From Candidatus Nanoarchaeia archaeon (GTDB lineage: Archaea; Nanobdellota; Nanobdellia; SCGC-AAA011-G17; VGLX01): a DNA stretch of 35,831 bases. A program made the position numbers and the translations under genes. The number at the start of each line of letters is the position of its first letter. Positions within the stretch are counted from its first letter, which is position 1. Shown piece after piece: positions 31,343-35,831 of this stretch. The notes beneath the pieces were generated by a model. That model saw nothing but the letters and a program-made list of their open reading frames with translations. It searched no databases and was not told the DNA's origin. The stretch is taken from NCBI GenBank assembly GCA_038884815.1, contig JAWABC010000001.1:1-35831 (forward strand). Reading direction: 5' to 3'.

Positions 31343-31983
31343 TTCAGCCCCTCTACCAGTTCTTTTATTGCTTTTTTTTGCCTTTTTGATTTTACAACTC
31401 CTGAGGCAACTAGAACACCTTTAGCTCCGAGCTCTATGCTTTTTTTCACGTCTTCCTTGTTTTTTACTCCGGCCCCCACAATTACCGATGTGCTTACGCT
31501 TTGTACAATATCTTTTATGACCTCTGGTCTTGCAGTCGATACGGATACGTTGCCACCAATAAGTTCTGGCGGCTCGTAAGCTATGTAATCTGGCTTGAAT
31601 GCATCTACTTTTTTTGCTTCTTCTATGTCTTGTACGCATACTACTATTGTAAATTGTTGTTGTTTTGCTTTTTCAACTATTTTTTGTATTTTCTCTATAG
31701 GTATTCTGTTCTCTGAATGGTTGATTATACTTCCCTTTGCTCCTACTTGTTTTGCTGCTTCTATTAGAATGCTTCCTGTGTTTGCACCGTAATCTTTTTC
31801 ATCCACATGTTGTGCATAAACGTCAATATTTACTTTTTTTGCAACTTCTTTTAAGTCCAAGAGTGGTGGTATTACTATTATTTTTTGTCCGGTTTCCTTT
31901 GCAATTTTTTCTGCTGCTTTTGCTAATTTGATAGCATTTTTTCCTGTCGATTCTTCATATGTCTTAAAATTAATCATTATCAT
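31339..31983 (-). CDS. tpiA: Triosephosphate isomerase, short archaeal type
   Basis: 214 aa. It has the INFKTY start, catalytic IINHSENR and AYEPPELIGG motifs, and the phosphate-binding VGAGV. Confidence 0.92.
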   Translation of the reverse strand: MIMINFKTYEESTGKNAIKLAKAAEKIAKETGQKIIVIPPLLDLKEVAKKVNIDVYAQHVDEKDYGANTGSILIEAAKQVGAKGSIINHSENRIPIEKIQKIVEKAKQQQFTIVVCVQDIEEAKKVDAFKPDYIAYEPPELIGGNVSVSTARPEVIKDIVQSVSTSVIVGAGVKNKEDVKKSIELGAKGVLVASGVVKSKRQKKAIKELVEGLK

Positions 31984-31992
31984 TTTTTCACC

Positions 31993-32169
31993 TCAATCAT
32001 GTTCAAGTATCCCTACTCTCTCGAGCATGAACCACCCTATAAGGAAGAATATTACTATGGTTACGACAACCATGCTCGCTGTTATCTTTCCTCCTGTGAA
32101 CCATAACCTTATCACCATGAATCCAAGATATATGAAAAGTATGTCTTTTATCAGTCCTCTTAAGCCCAT
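31993..32169 (-). CDS. Small two-TM membrane protein, 58 aa
   Basis: MGLRGLIKDILFIYLGFMVIRLWFTGGKITASMVVVTIVIFFLIGWFMLERVGILEHD, from ATG 32169. The longer track ORF (to 32481) overlaps the poly-Gly end of the upstream gene and is rejected. Confidence 0.4.
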   Translation of the reverse strand: MGLRGLIKDILFIYLGFMVIRLWFTGGKITASMVVVTIVIFFLIGWFMLERVGILEHD

Positions 32170-32213
32170 TTTAATTTTTTTTGTAATTTTGTTTATATAA
32201 TTTGTGTTTAAGA

Positions 32214-33995
32214 TTATCCTGCTCCTCCACCTCCGCCTCCTCCACCTCCTCCACCTCCTCCGCCAAAACCTCCTGAGCCTGAGGTGGCTGATGCTGAAGC
32301 GAAAGCAGAGCTGAAGCTGTTTGGAGTGTTGACAAATGCTCCCACGTTGAAGGTATGGTAATTCATTCCTCCTACGAATATTGCTGATTGCACGTTGCGG
32401 TCTGGTAATATGAGGTTCATCCCTTCTTGTACTTTGTCGGCCACGCCCAAAGTTATTGCATAGACAAGGAAATGCTCCCACAGGACGATGGAGTCTGGCG
32501 GGTGTTCTTTCATAGCACTAAAATCTTTGAGGAACTTTTTTAGGTTCATCCATTTTTTGTAGTGTAGTGCTCCTTTTTTAGATCTCCTTGGTAGTGCATT
32601 CCTAAATAGTAATGAAACAAACAAGCCAATGAACGATGAAATCATGAATCCCATGCCTATAAGTATATAATTGTGAGTGAAGAAAAAGAAGTATGATGTT
32701 GCATAAAAAGCCCCGCATATTATATAGAAGATTATGGCAAATTTGTTTTTTTCAAAAAACTTTTGGGATATCGCTTCTTCTTTTACTTCTTTCTGCCATT
32801 CCAAGAATTTTTTTCTGAAATAGAGACGTTCACTTGTCATTTTTATTTTATCTTTCAGTTCAGAAAATTTTATAGAGTCACCATCGGCATAGTGTTTTAG
32901 TATATCGATTACAATTTTTTCCTGTTTTGTCAGCTTTGAAATGTCCTTTTTTTGGAATATTATCTCATAGTCCTGGTCAGGGCCGAAAATTTTGAATTTT
33001 TTTTGTAGTTGAATTGGTCTTAGCTTTAATTGCCCTTTTAGGCATAGGTGGAGTATGACTGCAGTGAAGTCTTTCGCATTTGGCATTTTGCTGAATTGGT
33101 TTATTAGCGAGCTCAGTATTGCTGGAGAGTAATCATAAGGCAATTCTCTTTCATATATGGCATTGTACCCTATTGTTTTTGGCTCTCTTCCTGTGAAAAA
33201 ATAAAATGCTAAGAATACAAGTATTATTACTATACTAGGCCCTACCAAGAAGTATACTCTGTATTTGTTTATCAAAAACCCTGAGAACCCGCTGAGGTGG
33301 CTGTTTTCTTCTTTTATTATCTTTTGTAAGCCATCTGAATCTATCTTTTTTGCATATTCCGTGCTTTTTATTAAGTCTGGTGGGAAAACAACCCTTAGTT
33401 CAACCCATTGTTTTGTCGGTACGTTGAATGCTTGGAATACTATGGTCTTGTTTCCAAGTATTGCTATCTTGCCGTCAAGTTTAGGGTGGCCCCATGTGTA
33501 AACGTCTTTGTTGTTTTCCACTTCTTCTGGTAGTTCAAACGTTCCTTCTATTTCCTTCAGAGGCACCTCCCAGCCTTCCCCCCAAATTTTCCAGTAGAAT
33601 TCTGCAGCGTCATTGTATACCTTTAATGCTTCTTTTAAGGTGTAGCTCATCACGAATGTTTTTTTCTCATTTATTGCCACATAGTACCACTTCACTCTTA
33701 TCGTGTTTTTTCCAACATTTGAAGTCTCGTATTCTAAAGGCACCAGTCTCCCGTTTATTTTCTCATACACGTCTATATTTTCTATTCTTTCTTCCCCGTA
33801 CTTTATGTCCCTGTAAGCATATGTGAAACCTCCATCAAAGTTGAACGTTATTGTCTCATTTATCAATATGCTTGAATCACCATTTACGCTGATGTCTATT
33901 TTTGCTTTTTCAAGTGTGTATGACTTAGCGCTTACAAATCCTGTGCAGAGTATCAAGAACAAAAAAATTAGTGTTGCCTTTTTTTTCAATAACAT
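32214..33995 (-). CDS. DUF2207-like membrane protein with C-terminal poly-glycine tail
   Basis: 593 aa. It has a signal peptide, an N-terminal extracytoplasmic domain (YTLEKAKIDISVNGDSSILINETITFNFDGGFTYAYRDI), internal TMs, and a C-terminus ...GSGGF(G)14AG. This architecture is typical of DUF2207 (from memory). Confidence 0.72.
   Translation of the reverse strand: MLLKKKATLIFLFLILCTGFVSAKSYTLEKAKIDISVNGDSSILINETITFNFDGGFTYAYRDIKYGEERIENIDVYEKINGRLVPLEYETSNVGKNTIRVKWYYVAINEKKTFVMSYTLKEALKVYNDAAEFYWKIWGEGWEVPLKEIEGTFELPEEVENNKDVYTWGHPKLDGKIAILGNKTIVFQAFNVPTKQWVELRVVFPPDLIKSTEYAKKIDSDGLQKIIKEENSHLSGFSGFLINKYRVYFLVGPSIVIILVFLAFYFFTGREPKTIGYNAIYERELPYDYSPAILSSLINQFSKMPNAKDFTAVILHLCLKGQLKLRPIQLQKKFKIFGPDQDYEIIFQKKDISKLTKQEKIVIDILKHYADGDSIKFSELKDKIKMTSERLYFRKKFLEWQKEVKEEAISQKFFEKNKFAIIFYIICGAFYATSYFFFFTHNYILIGMGFMISSFIGLFVSLLFRNALPRRSKKGALHYKKWMNLKKFLKDFSAMKEHPPDSIVLWEHFLVYAITLGVADKVQEGMNLILPDRNVQSAIFVGGMNYHTFNVGAFVNTPNSFSSAFASASATSGSGGFGGGGGGGGGGGGGGAG
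32223..32264 (-). repeat. Low-complexity (GGN)14 tract encoding 14 consecutive Gly
   Basis: The + strand reads tcc tcc acc tcc gcc tcc tcc acc tcc tcc acc tcc tcc gcc. I checked it codon by codon. Confidence 0.9.
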
Positions 33996-34079
33996 CTCTT
34001 ACGTTCTATACTTTCCATTATTAAAAAGCTTTTTGTTGTTCTAGTTTAACATAAAACTTTTATATTTTAAAAACATCTC

Positions 34080-35309
34080 ATGGTTATGAAGATTCTTTGT
34101 GTCAAGTGTAAGGGTAGGAGGTTTTGTGGTAGGCTTTATTGCCCAATAATAGCAAGGTCCGAGGCCATGTTCCGGGTTGAGAAGATGGTTGAGAAGGATT
34201 TTTATGGTTCTTCTCCTGCGCCTTTTGTAGGTCATGTTGGCTACCCTTATCTAAACGTTGGTATTTTAAGTCCTCCTTACACAGCTGATGATGCTTGGCG
34301 TTATGATGCACCTCGTCATTGGTCTTTAAATGATTACAAAATCCCAGAATTGGTTGACTTGCGTTCTTCTCTTGTTAACTCTCGTTTTAACGTTAATATT
34401 AAGCAACGCACAAAGTTTCTTAACATAGCCCAGGAGGTTGGTATGGCTTCCAGACCTGTTGACATTGAGGTTAATCTGAAGAAGAAACCTAAGTTTTTTG
34501 TTAACGTTAATGACATGGTTGCTCCGATGGGTCCTCATGCCCCGCTTGAAAAGGTGAGATTGACTGAAAACCCTAAAGTTTCTAAGAAGGTTGAGAAGGT
34601 TGTTTCTGATTCAGACCTTAAGGCTGCTGATGCCATGCTTTACCTTTACAGCGATGAGTTTGATGAGAATTTTTTATCCAGAATCCTTTCCATAGGTAAT
34701 ATTGGTTTGAAGAAGAATCGTAAGCTTGTACCTACGCGCTGGTCCATCACAGCTGTTGATGATACTTTAGGTAAGAACTTGATTTCTGAAATAAAAAATT
34801 ATCCTCCCTCTGATTATCAAGCATATTTTGGTGGTTATCTGGGCAACTATTTTCTTTTCCTGTTTTTTTCTGATGTGTGGTCCTATGAGTTGTTCGAAAC
34901 TTACCTTCCTAAGTCATCTTGGAATATTTCTTCTGAGATTCAGTTCTCCACGGATTATGAACCTTATGATGGTAGGAAAGAATATGCTGATAATTGTGGT
35001 GGTGGTTATTATGCTTCGAGGCTTCCTGCCTTGGAAAAGCTTTCTTCTACAAGGCGCCAGTCTTCAGTCTTAGCTCTCCGTTTTATTACTGGAGAGTATG
35101 CTGTGCCACTTGGAGTGTGGGTTGTTAGGGAGGCCAGCAGGAAGGCCTTGTCTTCCCAACCTTTGTTTTTTGATTCTAAAGAATCTATGTTGAACTATGC
35201 TGCTGGCTTTGTCAAGGAAAAATTCAATTACGACTTGAGGTACATCTTTTCTTCAAGTAAGCTGTTGGAAAATATAAAGAAACAGGTTAAGTTGTCAAAA
35301 TTCTTCTAG
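34080..35309 (+). CDS. nreA: NreA-like archaeal DNA-repair protein (DUF650/DUF651) with C-terminal PIP box
   Basis: 409 aa. N-terminal Zn-finger-like CVKCKGRRFCGRLYCP, the FYGSSPAPFVGHVGYPYLNVG block, and C-terminal QVKLSKFF (canonical QxxLxxFF at 35283-35306). The family assignment is from memory. Confidence 0.68.
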   Translation: MVMKILCVKCKGRRFCGRLYCPIIARSEAMFRVEKMVEKDFYGSSPAPFVGHVGYPYLNVGILSPPYTADDAWRYDAPRHWSLNDYKIPELVDLRSSLVNSRFNVNIKQRTKFLNIAQEVGMASRPVDIEVNLKKKPKFFVNVNDMVAPMGPHAPLEKVRLTENPKVSKKVEKVVSDSDLKAADAMLYLYSDEFDENFLSRILSIGNIGLKKNRKLVPTRWSITAVDDTLGKNLISEIKNYPPSDYQAYFGGYLGNYFLFLFFSDVWSYELFETYLPKSSWNISSEIQFSTDYEPYDGRKEYADNCGGGYYASRLPALEKLSSTRRQSSVLALRFITGEYAVPLGVWVVREASRKALSSQPLFFDSKESMLNYAAGFVKEKFNYDLRYIFSSSKLLENIKKQVKLSKFF

Positions 35310-35614
35310 GTCCTTCTGTGTTCCCTTCTCCTGTTTATTTTTTTCATGTACAAGTCCGCATGTTCCTCTGAGCAGAATCTGTACACATCTTCGTCTATTT
35401 CCCTTTCCACGAAATCGTATTCCACAACTTGCCCGCAGACAGGGCACTTTGCTGCTTTTGCCCCTTCCTCGTAGCCTTTCATGAATCCCTCATCTAAGTC
35501 TGTTATCTCATCGTCCTCTTCAAACATCTCTTCTCTGCCTTCTTCAGTGTATATGTTCTCTTCTAATTCACCCTCTTCAATCTCTCTCTTCTTTTGCTCC
35601 TTTGTTTTTGGCAT
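35306..35614 (-). CDS. Acidic small protein with C-terminal zinc-ribbon (TRASH-like C-x2-C-x20-C-x3-H)
   Basis: 102 aa. An E/D-rich N-terminal half is followed by CPVCGQVVEYDFVEREIDEDVYRFCSEEHADLY. Its stop overlaps the nreA-like stop through the palindrome CTAG (35306-35309). Confidence 0.6.
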   Translation of the reverse strand: MPKTKEQKKREIEEGELEENIYTEEGREEMFEEDDEITDLDEGFMKGYEEGAKAAKCPVCGQVVEYDFVEREIDEDVYRFCSEEHADLYMKKINRRREHRRT

Positions 35615-35740
35615 AGTTGTTAGGTTTTTGTTTTTATTATTAAAGCTTTCGCTGAACCTTTAAAAACGGCTTTTAAATCTTGTGAAAAATACTTCTCTAT
35701 TTTGCCTTCATAAGTTATTTATTACTTCCCTCATCATTGG

Positions 35741-35831
35741 TTACCATGAAAAGTAAACCTCCAGGTTAGTGTAGGGCATTGCTGTTTTGCACCTCTTTTT
35801 CAGCTTTGCCCTATCTCCTTCTTTTAGAATT
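35741..35831 (-). CDS. Possible 3' end of a gene entering from the right window edge
   Basis: An open frame from the edge reads ...ILKEGDRAKLKKRCKTAMPYTNLEVYFSW* (stop TAA at 35741-35743). It is too short to identify. Confidence 0.25.
   Translation of the reverse strand, partial: ILKEGDRAKLKKRCKTAMPYTNLEVYFSW

Noticed and set aside
32170-32481. An Arg/Trp-rich N-terminal extension (RRFWRRRWRRWRRRRWRS) of the track ORF 31993-32481.
   Set aside because: It is generated by reading the poly-Gly (GGN)n tract and 3' end of the DUF2207-like gene in another frame. Only the last 58 codons, from ATG 32169 and downstream of that gene's stop, are plausible.
1-35831. A visual search for CRISPR arrays, IS elements/transposases, integrases, rRNA genes, toxin-antitoxin pairs or known defence-system genes.
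   Set aside because: No spaced direct repeats, terminal inverted repeats or diagnostic motifs were seen by eye. Intergenic space is minimal. A computational repeat and HMM scan would be needed to exclude them formally.

Overview
This is a low-GC, almost entirely coding chromosomal segment, and it is clearly archaeal. The evidence is ribosomal protein L15e, an archaeal-type ProRS, a short archaeal TPI, fructose-1,6-bisphosphate aldolase/phosphatase, a GAPOR-like AOR-family oxidoreductase, an NreA-like repair protein with a C-terminal PIP box, and TATA-like boxes about 27 nt upstream of many ATGs. The extreme compaction and the density of large secreted adhesin-like proteins suggest a small-genome, DPANN-like lineage, but that is inference only. 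Compaction shows as ATGA start/stop overlaps and convergent genes that share 4-nt overlapping stop codons.

Contents, left to right:
- a permease fragment
- two orphan CheY-like receivers plus a degenerate KaiC/RecA-like protein
- secreted and membrane proteins of unknown function
- a MacB-type ABC operon
- a LAGLIDADG ORF that reads into the only RNA gene, tRNA-Arg(TCG)
- a P2-type cation ATPase
- a seven-blade FG-GAP surface protein
- a Cys-rich protein plus a bacterial-type acyl carrier protein
- proS
- a transglutaminase-like surface protein
- a radical-SAM protein with a CX4CX2C motif
- an AcdB-like ATP-grasp protein
- a DHH phosphoesterase
- a cadherin/Ig-like surface protein
- rpl15e
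- several tiny membrane proteins
- a sugar-phosphate supercluster: ROK kinase, PGI/PMI, FBP aldolase/phosphatase, then an unknown ORF, then GAPOR and TPI
- a DUF2207-like protein with a poly-Gly tail
- an NreA-like gene and a TRASH-like zinc-ribbon protein

I saw no CRISPR array, rRNA, transposase, integrase or recognisable defence system.

The candidates most worth follow-up are:
1. the bicistronic Cys-rich/ACP unit in an archaeon
2. the homing-endonuclease ORF fused to the 5' leader of a tRNA
3. the mixed-direction glycolysis/gluconeogenesis cluster
4. the non-canonical radical-SAM gene with a start-less downstream ORF
5. the receiver-receiver-pseudoATPase module

All family assignments come from motif recognition by eye, not from searches.
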